This document shows positions 47,347 through 58,022 of a DNA stretch of 64,000 nucleotides, one piece after another. The stretch's first letter is position 1. Every line of letters begins with the position of its first letter. The stretch covers positions 82,674 through 146,673 of IMG/VR virus record IMGVR_UViG_3300036760_000150; one strand, 5' to 3'. This DNA is from a virus. The translations under genes were made by a program, and so were the position numbers. The notes under the pieces are model-generated. The model was given only the letters and a program-made list of their open reading frames with translations, was not told the origin of the DNA and ran no database searches.

Positions 47347-47786
47347 AGTACAGGTGTCAGTATGTTGGTTGTCAGGTCGAAATCTATGACTTGGTTCATG
47401 TTGAGGATAGTCTGCTTGAACATACCCGTCTCTGTGAGCACGTGCTCCTCGGTGACCTCGACCCCTTCTTCTGGCTGGTCAAACCTCTTGGCTGTCATCT
47501 GAAGTAGTAGATGGCTGCTACAGGTTGATGTGCTGGGAACTGATCGTCGTCGGTGATCACGTTGTACATGACCTTTATCGCCAACATAGTCACCAACAAT
47601 GTCAGACCAATCGTTATCTTACTCATCTTTTGTCCTTTGCAGAGACTATCTTGTTGTAGGTCTTCTGATCTCTTCGCTCGCCCCACCTGGTGAACCGTCT
47701 CATGCCGTAGTACACGCCTAGGTGTATGATGAACACTTGAAGCACCACAGGCACCAACATCATGGCCACCGAAAGTATCAGTTGGA

Positions 47787-48487
47787 TCATGTTCTATCTC
47801 CTTTAGACATCACCATGTCGGTGATGAGTGGCACCAGGTTGTCAAGCGAACCCTTAACTTGATCCAACGAACCGTTGGCGTCCACGACCTCGTGTCTTAT
47901 GGGGTCGTTGGCTACGAGGTCGTTGAAGGTGTCGATGACCTTGTTCAGGTAGCCTTCGCCTTTGGCCTCTATCGCATCAACTGCAAGGCCGCGTTTGACT
48001 CTGCGTTGACGAGCTGTCTCTTGGCTTATTGACATGTAGACGATCAAGTCTTCCTTCTGGGTCATAGTGCCCACAAGATCGTTGTAGAACCTATCGACGA
48101 ACTCTGCAGACACGTTGTGTGTGGTGTACGCGATGTGACTCCACCACCCCCGGTCGCTTACTATGATGTCGTACTGGTCGGCTACCGACTCGTAGTACCT
48201 ATGTGTCTCAAGACGCATAGCTGCGAAGACGAACTCCATAGCAGCTCCAGACATGTTGAGTGTAGGGTCTAGTATGATCTTGCGAAGCTCTGGCATTCCT
48301 GGCACCATCGGCGCTCCGACTTCCCTAGTCTCAAGGACTCGTAGGCCTTTGTTTTTAAGTTTCTCTGTGAGGTATTTGACGGCTGTTGTTTTTCCAGATC
48401 CATCTAAAGCCCCTCCAGTGCCATGAAAAATGGCAGTTTTTTGTTATTTTTTTGCGTCGTCATATTTTGCGCCCTTTCTTTGATCAT
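47787..48487 (-). CDS. tmk: Thymidylate kinase, frameshifted in the P-loop at about 48406-48413 (pseudogene or sequencing error)
   Basis: FMALEG in one frame joins LDGSGKTT...TREVG...FAAMR...IVSDR...S.IAY in another. Confidence 0.8.
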
Positions 48488-48792
48488 GTTTCCTTAAGCT
48501 CTAGCCTTCGTTCCACCGGTCATCTTAAGTTGCTGTTTCTTTAGCACTCCTGCGACGTTTGCCCAGAAATCGGCAGTCCTCTTGGCTTCTTTGGTGTCTT
48601 CAAGTGGTATGTCAGTCTTCGTTGACTTGTCGCGGGAGATCTTCTCCATGTTGGAGGCGTTGATGATAGCTCCATCGTATGAGCCAACGCTGATGGCGTA
48701 CTGGGCTGCGAAACTGGTAGCATCCACTCGTTCAACTTTGGGCTTCTTGTGTTTCTTCTGAGACGGCATGTTACCTCCTTACGTGTTTAAAA

Positions 48793-48993
48793 TATGGGCA
48801 GGATTTCATACCTGCATCTTGCACGGACCCTGGTGTTTAGTGTCGCCAGCGACTGTGCTGATCTCCATGCTACCCGAAGGGTCGTTCGTCACGATCCTAT
48901 CCCGACGATTTGCGTGTCCTTATGATATCCTACTATCCTCGAACGTCTAGTGCGTTACCGTCTATGACTCGGAATTCGGTCCACGCCGCCATA
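48793..48993 (-). ncRNA. Candidate ~200-nt tRNA-like structured RNA
   Basis: TATGG/CCATA terminal pairing; GCGTG...CACGC D-like stem; ACCC-TTCG-GGT hairpin; T-arm-like GCAGG-TATGAAAT-CCTGC next to the 3' end. Confidence 0.4.
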
Positions 48994-49679
48994 AATATCC
49001 TAGGTAAGTCATCTAGAGATACTTGTTCATGATGTTTGCGCATCATCTTCACTTTCCCTCTAGACTAGCCAAACGCCGGGCCGCAAAACCCTCAATGGCA
49101 CGTTCGTGTTACTTAGCTTCTTTCTTGAGTCTCTTCAGGAACTTCTCTTTGTCCTCTATCTTCACCTCAAATCGACGGACACCGGCAGGCCTGAACACTG
49201 TGTTGGCTGTCTCGAAGTTGTCAACCACCGTGACAGCTTGATCTCCGATGAACTGTGCCTTGGTGGCCCCTGTACCCTGAACGACGAGCAGCTCCCTTGT
49301 CACAGCGTCAAGCTCTTCATACAGGACCTTTGCCGCCTCGATCTTCTTGGCGATCTCGATCGCTTTCTTGGCAAGATCTACTGCTGTGGACGGTTGATTT
49401 GTCTCTGAGGCGTTTGTTAAAGTGGTCATCTCCATAATTTCCTCCAGTATAATTATATTAAGCCATCTGACTTGTTGAGTCAAGATCTACCATCTTGTGG
49501 GATACTTTTTCCCAACCGATAGACTCAAGCTCTTGTCTTGTGACGATGATGGGCTTAGACAGCATGTCGTTCTCTAGCCACTTTAGTCCTACCAAGCCGT
49601 CGATCCACTTAACCAACAGACGCAAAACGCACTCTTGGTGTTCCCAAACTTCCATCTCTGTCATCAACATCTCCTTAAA

Positions 49680-49756
49680 TGGTAGGCCCTGTGGGATTTG
49701 AACCCACGACCATTCGGTTATGAGCCGAGCGCTCTGACCTGCTGAGCTAAGGGCCT
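49680..49756 (-). tRNA. tRNA with CAU anticodon, probably tRNA-Ile2 (lysidine), with encoded CCA
   Basis: AGGCCCTTAGCTCAGCAGGTCAGAGCGCTCGGCTCATAACCGAATGGTCGTGGGTTCAAATCCCACAGGGCCTACCA. It folds as a cloverleaf, lacks initiator features and resembles bacterial Ile2 tRNAs. Confidence 0.9.
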
Positions 49757-50267
49757 ACGATGAGAATATACTTGTCTTGGTAGTTATGTCAACTTAATTT
49801 GTCACCGCATTTGTTGCAGTAGTTGTACGACTCGATGAAACCTACGTACAGTTTTGGTTCGTGAAGGCATGTCATATTAGACGAATCATACTTGTAGACG
49901 CCGAAGGTTGCGTTGTACCAACCAACAACCTCTTTTTTAAACTCTTCAACACTAAGTTGCCTGAAAGTTATGTCGTTGTCTTTGAACACCGTTACTCTAT
50001 CTGTGTCTAGCTCCAGCAGACAGAAGAACCTCACAGGTGAGTTTTCTACCACCATCCTAAGATGAGCATGATATACCCAGTCTGTATCTTTAAAGTTGTC
50101 GTTGTGGTTTTTTACCAGTTTGATATCGTCTGACATACCTATTATGTATGCAAACACGCCAGGTTCCACCAGTATCCTATGTATCATTATCTCGTACTCA
50201 GGAAGTATTGGGTACAGTAGTTTTCCAAGTGTCATCAGTGACGTGTCAAACTCTTGTTGTATGTTGT

Positions 50268-50921
50268 TCATATCTCTATCTCCGCTGCTTGATATACTAG
50301 TTTATACTTGTCATCTAGCACCGCCACGTTCCTGAACTTGGTGAACAGGCCGTCGTATGTGCCGTGTGCTTCGTGTAGGTGTCCAAACATGTGAAAACGT
50401 GGCTTAACCCTAAGCACCGCTGACAACAATTCTTCGCACCCCTCATTTATCACTTTTTTGTCTCCAATTTTGTTCTTGCGCACAACTTCGTCCAAGATGC
50501 CCTTGGGTGGCGAATGAGTGATCAGCACGTCCACCTTGTCTGGGATCATGTCCCACACCATCTTCATCTTGCTTTGATGTAGACCAAACGCCCAGTTGTT
50601 GAACTTTAATGTCCAAGGTGATCCATAAAATGTCACACCATCTACTTGCGTACTCGAATCTTCAAGGTAGATGATATCGTTGTCCTTGCACATCTGCTTG
50701 GCAAGGCTTGGTTCTCGCTGGAACAACCAGTCGTGATTGCCAGCAACTAATATGATGGATTTGAACAATTTGCCCTTGTCTTTGAGTATGATCAGCTCTC
50801 TTGACACTTCTACCAACGAGCCACTACTTGTTAAATCGCCAGCATGGATGAGAACGTCACCGATAGGTAGGTCGATCTTATCTAGTTGACAATGGGTGTC
50901 ACTGATGGCTACGATCTTCAA
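50268..50921 (-). CDS. Metallophosphoesterase (MPPED-like)
   Basis: ISDTH, HAGDL, AGNHD, YGSPW, THSPP, FGHLHE. Confidence 0.92.
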   Translation of the reverse strand: MKIVAISDTHCQLDKIDLPIGDVLIHAGDLTSSGSLVEVSRELIILKDKGKLFKSIILVAGNHDWLFQREPSLAKQMCKDNDIIYLEDSSTQVDGVTFYGSPWTLKFNNWAFGLHQSKMKMVWDMIPDKVDVLITHSPPKGILDEVVRKNKIGDKKVINEGCEELLSAVLRVKPRFHMFGHLHEAHGTYDGLFTKFRNVAVLDDKYKLVYQAAEIEI

Positions 50922-51371
50922 CTAGTACCTCTTGTGGTTCTTGATCACGTTGAGCAACTTCCTGCTCATCTCCCTGTAGTTTGGGTCGTCCCTGAAGTCT
51001 ACGTGTCGGTGATCACTCATGAGGCGTCTTATTTTCAGCATAGCCACTCGTCTAAGCTTCTTCACCTTCCTGAGGTACGAGTTACCTGAGATGTTAGCCA
51101 TCTGTTAAAGCCTCTCCGGTGAATAGTGTCTTACCCTTTCTCACGTAGTGTCGGTTGGTTACGACGTCTTTGGTGTGGTGCTCGACGGATGCCATGATGT
51201 AAGGTATCTTCTGCATCCTCAGCCTGTTCTTCCAGAACTCGATCTCCTCCATATCCCTTGTGGGGTCGATGTACATGTTGTTTTCAACAAAGGCGATGTG
51301 TTGCCCATGAGAGTTATCCTCGATGACCTCTACGTTTCGTATGTTGGGTTGTTTGCCTGGTGCCGGGTAGT

Positions 51372-51965
51372 TCATCGTCTACACATCTCCCACTGTGACT
51401 TCTTGATCCTGTTCTGAGGAGTTATGCCTAAAACTTCAAGCCCCTTCTCGTACCGTTTGGCGACCTCAGATGCCCCTTCTTCCGACCCATGATCTACATC
51501 TTTCCTGGCCTCCACCTCGATGTAGCGACCCTTCTCGTTCATGTCTGAGTCGTACACTAGGTAGTAGACGGTGGTGGCATCGGCGAAGACGTGTATGTAG
51601 CATATCTTGTAGATGACGACGTTTAGTGTGAACCCAAGTTGTGCACAAAACTGGGTTATGTCGTCGATCGTACATCGCTGGGGGTCAAGCGGCACGTCTA
51701 TCTCTATCCTGTCGTTGTTGTTATTCTCGTTCAGCTTCACCTTGATGGTCAGCTCTGGCTTCGGACCTTGTCTGTAGCGGATGAACTCGAAGTTGAACTT
51801 GGTGTTCTCACTGCTGAAGTAGAAATCCCAGCTGCCCACCTCTATGAAGTCGACAGGTTTATGGGACTCTGCGAACTTCATGTAGTCCTTCAACTTTATG
51901 GAGTCTGCGTTGTACTTGAACTCTATCTCACGATATTTACTGACGTACCGCTGATCTTCTGTCAT
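51372..51965 (-). CDS. CYTH (triphosphate tunnel metalloenzyme) domain protein
   Basis: EIEFKY...DFYF...IRYR...ELTIK...RIEID...IEVEA; RBS before ATG 51965. Confidence 0.8.
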   Translation of the reverse strand: MTEDQRYVSKYREIEFKYNADSIKLKDYMKFAESHKPVDFIEVGSWDFYFSSENTKFNFEFIRYRQGPKPELTIKVKLNENNNNDRIEIDVPLDPQRCTIDDITQFCAQLGFTLNVVIYKICYIHVFADATTVYYLVYDSDMNEKGRYIEVEARKDVDHGSEEGASEVAKRYEKGLEVLGITPQNRIKKSQWEMCRR

Positions 51966-52094
51966 GGCTTCCTCTTCCTTGTGGGCTGGCTGACCAAGCC
52001 CACCGCAGTGGGCTTGACCTGCCAGGGAGACGTCTGCGACATCTCTCCCTTGGATACATATAAGATCTGTGTTGGTGTTCGTCATGTTAACCTG

Positions 52095-52123
52095 ATGGTA
52101 GAGGAAGTTTAGACAGTTGTCAA
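52095..52123 (-). promoter_or_regulatory. sigma70-type promoter
   Basis: TTGACA-N17-TACCAT. Confidence 0.65.
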
Positions 52124-52714
52124 CTACTTAGTTACAGGCTTGTCCGTCTCGATGAATGCGCGGTCCACTCTGACTGTGAAGGTCTTGTGTGTGGACGGTC
52201 TGTAGACCGTGAGTGTGACATAACCACCTTGTTGGCCTATGATTTTTTCGTGAGCACTTGTCGTATCACTCATAGTCTGACCATTTACGGCTACGATCAC
52301 GTCGTTGACTTTAAGGCCAGCGTTGTACGCTGGGTAACCTTCTATGACATTTATCAGACATTGTACGTATTTACCTGCGCCTGGAGTGTAGTCACCAACA
52401 TCTACAACGTATATCGCGCCTATGCCGTAGAAGCCGATCTTCGCCTTGTCTGTTCTGTTGGTGTTGGTAGACTTTGGGATGATGTTCACATCTATATTTT
52501 GACTTTCACTACTCCCTTGGTTGTTCACTTCTTCGTCGGGCACTGAGAACTCAACATATGAACCTCTGCCACTACATCCACCGAACGCCACAGGCATGAA
52601 CAAAAGGACATGTATCGCCAGCGATATCATGATGGCACGCTTCAGAGTTATGGTCTTGTACGGTACCTTATCGAAGTTTTTGGTTCTTCTGCTGACCATC
52701 TTCGTCTCCAACAA
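52124..52714 (-). CDS. Membrane-anchored PDZ-domain protein
   Basis: TM segment AIMISLAIHVLLF; FYGIG...VIEGYPAYNAGLKVNDVIVAVNG...VTLTVYR (S41-type PDZ). Confidence 0.8.
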   Translation of the reverse strand: MLETKMVSRRTKNFDKVPYKTITLKRAIMISLAIHVLLFMPVAFGGCSGRGSYVEFSVPDEEVNNQGSSESQNIDVNIIPKSTNTNRTDKAKIGFYGIGAIYVVDVGDYTPGAGKYVQCLINVIEGYPAYNAGLKVNDVIVAVNGQTMSDTTSAHEKIIGQQGGYVTLTVYRPSTHKTFTVRVDRAFIETDKPVTK

Positions 52715-52861
52715 GAGTCTTAAGCTCTGACCTGAGTCGGTCGAGCTGGTCGTTCAGTGGGCTGTTGACGAGGTCTTCGTCGCAGGCACGCTTTGTGAAC
52801 TTGATCAGCAACCTTAGGTACTCAATATTATCTGTCTTCTTCATCAGGCCTCCACAACCCA

Positions 52862-52890
52862 ATACTACATGACGATCATGGTCATGTCAA
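52862..52890 (-). promoter_or_regulatory. sigma70-type promoter at the head of the long - strand block
   Basis: TTGACA-N17-TAGTAT; divergent from the late motif CCTTAATTTTA at 52932-52942. Confidence 0.65.
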
Positions 52891-53021
52891 TTTGTATTTT
52901 TATCTAGTAGTTACGACTATTTAGATCAAAACCTTAATTTTAACAGTACGGGGTTGCTCGTCTTCCTTCATATGGTTGAAGGTCGTAGGTTTGGATTTCT
53001 TCAAAAAAATCGAGTATATAG

Positions 53022-56000
53022 GTGGCTCTAGAGAAGCGCTGGGAACAAGTCTCTGCCAACTTCACGGCAGACGGCACATCTGACGGCATAGTGCCAGTGG
53101 CTGATGCCTCTGGGTTCTTCGCCAAGCAGAAGGTCACTGTCAAGTCTGATACCCAGCAGCCTATATTCCTTGAAGTGAAGCGGGTGTACCCTACCAAGGT
53201 CGTGGTAGGCCTTGACGACAAAGGCATCGACCACAAGCAGAACATGTCGGCCTACCTGGTGGTAGACAACGCCAACATATTCGCAGCCGAGCAGACGAAG
53301 ACTAAGCTTCAGCCTGACGAGATCTTCAACGCCGTCTACGAGCGCGACCCAGCTGTAGCTCTACGTGGCCTGCTAGTTGATAGCTTCGGCAACGTCTACA
53401 AAGTCACCAACCCTTTTCCTGTAAGTGTCGGTGACGGTGAAGATCAACTTGAAGTTAACGACGATGGGTCTATAAATGTCAACATAGTAAACTCTCCGGT
53501 AAGCAACGAGAACATAGTAACTGAGTTTAACGAAGCTCCCTCGGTGGCATCTGGATCAGAGACGTCTGTTGTCTCCTATGTGGTACCTGCTGGAAAGGTG
53601 GCCATGCTACAGAGGATCACGTACTCTGGGGAGAACGTGGCTACATACAACCTTTACGTAAACAGCATCTTAAAGGAGCGTATGAGAACACATTTTGGCG
53701 GTGACCTAAGTGGAGAGATGGTCTTTGAGGGCGCCTCAGAGGAGGGGCCAAAGTACAGCACTGGGGATCTTATAGAACTTAAGGTCCTGCACACCAGGCC
53801 AAGTGTTGGCTCTTTCAACGGACGTATACAGATCATGGAGATAGGTTGATGACCAGTTCCTTAGAGATCAAGAAGATAGAAGCAGAGAGAGCTAGAGTAT
53901 ACTCTGCTAGGTTGGACTTAGAGTTGCGTCTGGAAGAACTTCGAGAGTCTGTAAGAAGAATCGAAGAACACATACAGGTTCAACTAAGCAAAGAGAAAGA
54001 GCTTGAAGATAAGCTTGTAGAAGCTAGAGAAAAGAGGTAACACATGTCAGATCAGGCCACAGGCTTACCAGTAAGAAGTGAAGCTGACGGGACAGACGAG
54101 AGGGTACACTCTAAGATAGTTGGTAGCCCAACAGGGGCCAGCCCTGCTACCAACCAGGTCGCCGTCGACGACGACAAGAACGCCCACGTAGAAGTACACG
54201 GTAACGATCCTGCTGGTACAGACAGGACTCTTAGGCTGAGTGAAGCTGGGGCAGTCACACCTGACGGTGTGTACAACGTCTCCACCAACACCAAGCCGGG
54301 TAACGTCGGTGTGATCGCAGCGACGAGGGCAGCGTCTCCGTCTGACACTGAGCAGACGCAAAGGGTCACTGCAGTGACCAGCGGTACGGTGCATGCCTTA
54401 GATGTCGCCTTGCATGATGAAGACGGTGTTCCCTACTCGACGTCTAACCCTCTGCCAACAACATCTGTGGACAGTGAGGGTTCAGAGGTAAACAACTACA
54501 ACACCAGTGCTGCGTTGGCTGCTGGAGCTTCTAACAACCACGACTACACCGTCACCGCTGCCACAACATTGAAGCTAAGTCATATCTGGGCAGCTGCCTC
54601 TGGCAAGATGAAGATCCAGGTTCAAACTGAGACTGGAGTTGCAACTGGAACTTTCACCACGAAGTTTGTAGGTTTCAACTCAACTGCCAACCCTAACATC
54701 AACCTTCCGATAGACGAGAACATCTCGGTAGCTGCTGGGGTCCGAGTTAGAGTTATCAGAACCAACAACGACAACCAATCACAAGATGTCTACTCAACCA
54801 TAAGTGGACATGAAATTTAATGGATGCTTAGATGGCCGATCTTGATGACATCAACGCAGCCCAGACAGTTAAGGTAGTTGGCGCCAGCGTCTCTGGCACA
54901 GAGACGAACGCTGTAAACGCTACCTCTGATGGTAGGCTGACAACAGAGAGTATCATACTAGGAGCCACTGCTGCGACTAGGATCGGTAATGTCACTGACA
55001 AACTTAAAGTTATCGACCAAGATGTGGTGGCGATCCTCAACATTATAGCGTCAGGGCTGGGAACTGTTGCCGCTGGTATCTTAAAACAAAATGAGTTGGC
55101 AGTTACGACAAAGAGTGAGGTAGATTTCACAGGTACCACGTACACTGTACCCACCGGTAAGACATTCTTGCTCACCAGCTTCATAGGGTCATACGATGCT
55201 CAGGCCACAGTACTGCTGAGGCTTAAAAAACAAACAGGCGGCACTGGTGCGTTCAGTACGTTGTTCAGGATAACCCTTGAGGTCGGTGGCCAAGGCTCTG
55301 GTACCATACCGTTGAATTTTGGCAACGGGATCTTAGTTGGCACTGCCGGTGACGTGTTCAAGATAACCATCGAGTCGTCTCTTATAAAAGGAACGGTATG
55401 GGCTGGCTACAGTGGAAGTGAGTTGTAATGGGTAAGTCAGGTGGGTCAGGTGGAGGCTCTAGCATATTCACCACCAACATCACAGGTCCACCACCTGGCC
55501 CGTCAACTGTAGGGGCCGATGCGTACATAAGTTTAGGTACCATACCAACGGGGCAAAGAGTGTGGTTTGGATCAGCTCAATATGCTTCCCCTGATAAATC
55601 GATCACATTTGAGGTGCGCACCAACAACATAGGTCAGAGTACAGGATCAGACTCCGCTACTTCTCTACTGGCATCCACAGCTGTGGTTCCTAGATCTGGT
55701 CTATTGAATGTGGACTACTACAAGAAAGGTCAGCTACATATAACCAGCGTGACAGGTACTGGAGTCGAGAGTTTCTGGCTCAGACTTAAGTCTAAGTCTG
55801 GAGCTGTCGGTGAGTATTTCTTTAGCATGAACTACACGGTGGAGTAGATGGCACAGATCATACCGATATTTGAGTTATTATGTCTAGGTAGTGTAACAGC
55901 GTCAGGCACTGACAACTGGGTTGACCTATCATCTTATGGGCCAAACGCTAACTCTCCTATACCTAGTGGTAAACAAATTTGGATCGGCTACGTAACCTGC

Positions 56001-56270
56001 ATCTCACAAGATAAAATTGCTACGTTTGAACTTCGCCCTAACCTTCCTACCAAATCTGCTGGTAACACGACTGACACACAGCTGAGAGGGTTTGTAAACG
56101 TCCCTGGTGGCGAGTCAAGAGACCTAGATGTCTACTACGGAGGAGCGATAACATCGTTTGTTCCAGTTACGGAGCTGAGCACTGGTGTTGAGAAGTTGTG
56201 GCTTAGGATCAAGAGTGGAAGTTCGTCCACAGCCACCTATGAGTTTATATTGTACTACACACTTTACTAA
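53022..56270 (+). CDS. Array of related putative virion proteins (53022-53849, 54044-54820, 54832-55428, 55428-55847, 55848-56270) plus a coiled-coil ORF at 53846-54040
   Basis: G/S/T-rich beta proteins sharing a C-terminal module that starts Y[VT]V[PT]xGK / IPxG[QK]; preceded by the late motif. Confidence 0.7.
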
Positions 56271-56280
56271 AAGGTCTTCT

Positions 56281-57036
56281 ATGAAAGTTTTCTTACCATG
56301 GGGCAGTTTCAAGGCTGAGATCAAAGATAAGTCTAGGGTCAAGTACGTCGACCGTGAGACTTTCTACAAGATCGAGTATGAAGATATCAGCGGTGATGGT
56401 TTTGAATGCTCTATCGAGAAAGATGATGGCGCTGACCAAACAGACTTCGAGTCTCACTACAAGAGCTATGCCAACAAATCTAAGTCTATCATGCCCATCG
56501 ACTCTGATGGTTCGCCGCTGCAGAGGGTCAAGATCACCACATCCGGCTGGCACTACCAGCTACACGGCCTAGAGTGCCAGACATCTCAGCTGGACTCTGT
56601 GTTCTCTAAGAAGGAGGACGGCTCAGACTTTGGATTCTGCACCATCAGGTGTTATGCCGCTGATGGATCTCTACTGACAATCCAAGAGGACTGCGACACA
56701 CAGGCAGTTAAGACTGTGGTTGACTGGGAGCCCACCCATGACTACGAGATAGTTGGGGGGTTCTTCAAGCAATTAAGTATTCCTACGTCAGATGTTAGGT
56801 TGTGGGTTGTCGGAGTGCCTGATGTTCCAGCAGTATATGGTGGCAGCAAGTTGTTCTGTGCGAACATAAACTTGAAGTTCATAGGGGTAGAAGAGGGTAT
56901 CAAGGTAGATGGTAGGGCGCCTAAGTACATGACGTACAGCGCTACTTATCACACGAACAAGCTCAGGATGATACTGAAACATGACAGCGGTGTAAAACAT
57001 AACCTCAACATAATCTTCGAGATGTTCAAGAATTAA
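56281..57036 (+). CDS. Putative virion-associated protein
   Basis: DQTDFESHYKSYAN motif; lies within the late operon. Confidence 0.6.
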   Translation: MKVFLPWGSFKAEIKDKSRVKYVDRETFYKIEYEDISGDGFECSIEKDDGADQTDFESHYKSYANKSKSIMPIDSDGSPLQRVKITTSGWHYQLHGLECQTSQLDSVFSKKEDGSDFGFCTIRCYAADGSLLTIQEDCDTQAVKTVVDWEPTHDYEIVGGFFKQLSIPTSDVRLWVVGVPDVPAVYGGSKLFCANINLKFIGVEEGIKVDGRAPKYMTYSATYHTNKLRMILKHDSGVKHNLNIIFEMFKN

Positions 57037-57054
57037 CAGGTTAAGAGAAGACAC

Positions 57055-57402
57055 ATGATGTTGAAACACATAAAAGATGTTGTACAAGGAAAAGCACCTG
57101 TCGGTGCGTTAAGAAGCGCTGAGTGGCCGAAGGTGAGGGCAAAGCATCTTACCAAGAACCCTAGATGTGCTCTATGCTCTGGTATAAAAAAGTTAGAAGT
57201 TCACCACATCCAGCCCTTCCACTTAGACCCCTCTAAGGAGCTTGATCCAGGTAACTTGATCACCTTGTGTGAGTCCAAAGAGAACGGCATCAACTGTCAC
57301 CTAGCCTTTGGTCACCTGGGTAACTACTCTTGTGTCAACCGGTCGGTTACTTCTGACTCTAAACAATGGAACCAGAAGATAAAGAACCGAGGTAAACTAT
57401 GA
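57055..57402 (+). CDS. HNH endonuclease
   Basis: CALC...EVHHI.P...NLITLC...CH..FGH. Confidence 0.88.
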   Translation: MMLKHIKDVVQGKAPVGALRSAEWPKVRAKHLTKNPRCALCSGIKKLEVHHIQPFHLDPSKELDPGNLITLCESKENGINCHLAFGHLGNYSCVNRSVTSDSKQWNQKIKNRGKL

Positions 57403-57884
57403 AACTCATATGGACAAGAAGTAGCCTTATCCTCAGTAAGTTCATCAGGTGGAGTCTTGGTACAGACTGCAGCCACTTCGCGATGGTGTTCGAGAGCCCA
57501 GCTGGCGGTATAATGTTCGAGTCCAACCTCCTTGGTACGCACCCTAAGTTCTACAGGACCGCACAGAAACACATGACTGTCGTGCACGAGATCGACCTGC
57601 CTATCAGTGTGGGGCAGGAAGATGCTATATGGGACAAGGTAGTTGACCAGTACGACGACAGAGGTTACGACTATGGAGCGTTCATGTACTTCTGCTGGCG
57701 ATCGTTCTTGAGGAAGCTCTTCAGGATACCGCTGCCGATGACCAACCCATGGTCTAAGGGAGACCACTACCTCTGCGACGAGCTTTACAGAGCGGTAGAG
57801 TCGGTGGCTAGGTCTGTGGATGTGGACCTCTCAATAACACCACCACACCAGTTGTACGAGCTTCTTATACGTGATCGCGTATGA
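57399..57884 (+). CDS. Permuted papain-like (YiiX/NlpC-P60) enzyme
   Basis: SKFIRW...SHFA...YDY...YLCDEL (His precedes Cys). Confidence 0.75.
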   Translation: MKLIWTRSSLILSKFIRWSLGTDCSHFAMVFESPAGGIMFESNLLGTHPKFYRTAQKHMTVVHEIDLPISVGQEDAIWDKVVDQYDDRGYDYGAFMYFCWRSFLRKLFRIPLPMTNPWSKGDHYLCDELYRAVESVARSVDVDLSITPPHQLYELLIRDRV

Positions 57885-57892
57885 GATGCGTT

Positions 57893-57936
57893 TTATACGT
57901 CGTAGCGTATAACACAGTGTTATACGCTAGCGTATA
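57893..57936. repeat. Cluster of nested palindromes built from TATACG half-sites
   Basis: TAGCGTATAACAC-A-GTGTTATACGCTA (57903-57929) and TATACGCTAGCGTATA (57921-57936). Confidence 0.85.
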
Positions 57937-58022
57937 TAAAGGTTAAAAATAAGTGTTTACAACTACTTAACACAAACACTTAATGTTCTTAAGGTACCAG
58001 GAAGGATTTAACATCGTGGTGT

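Noticed and set aside
48403-48413. TAG stop-codon reassignment explaining the broken TMK
   Set aside because: Reading through the TAG stays in the wrong frame. TAG is used as a normal stop elsewhere, and long ORFs are intact in code 11.
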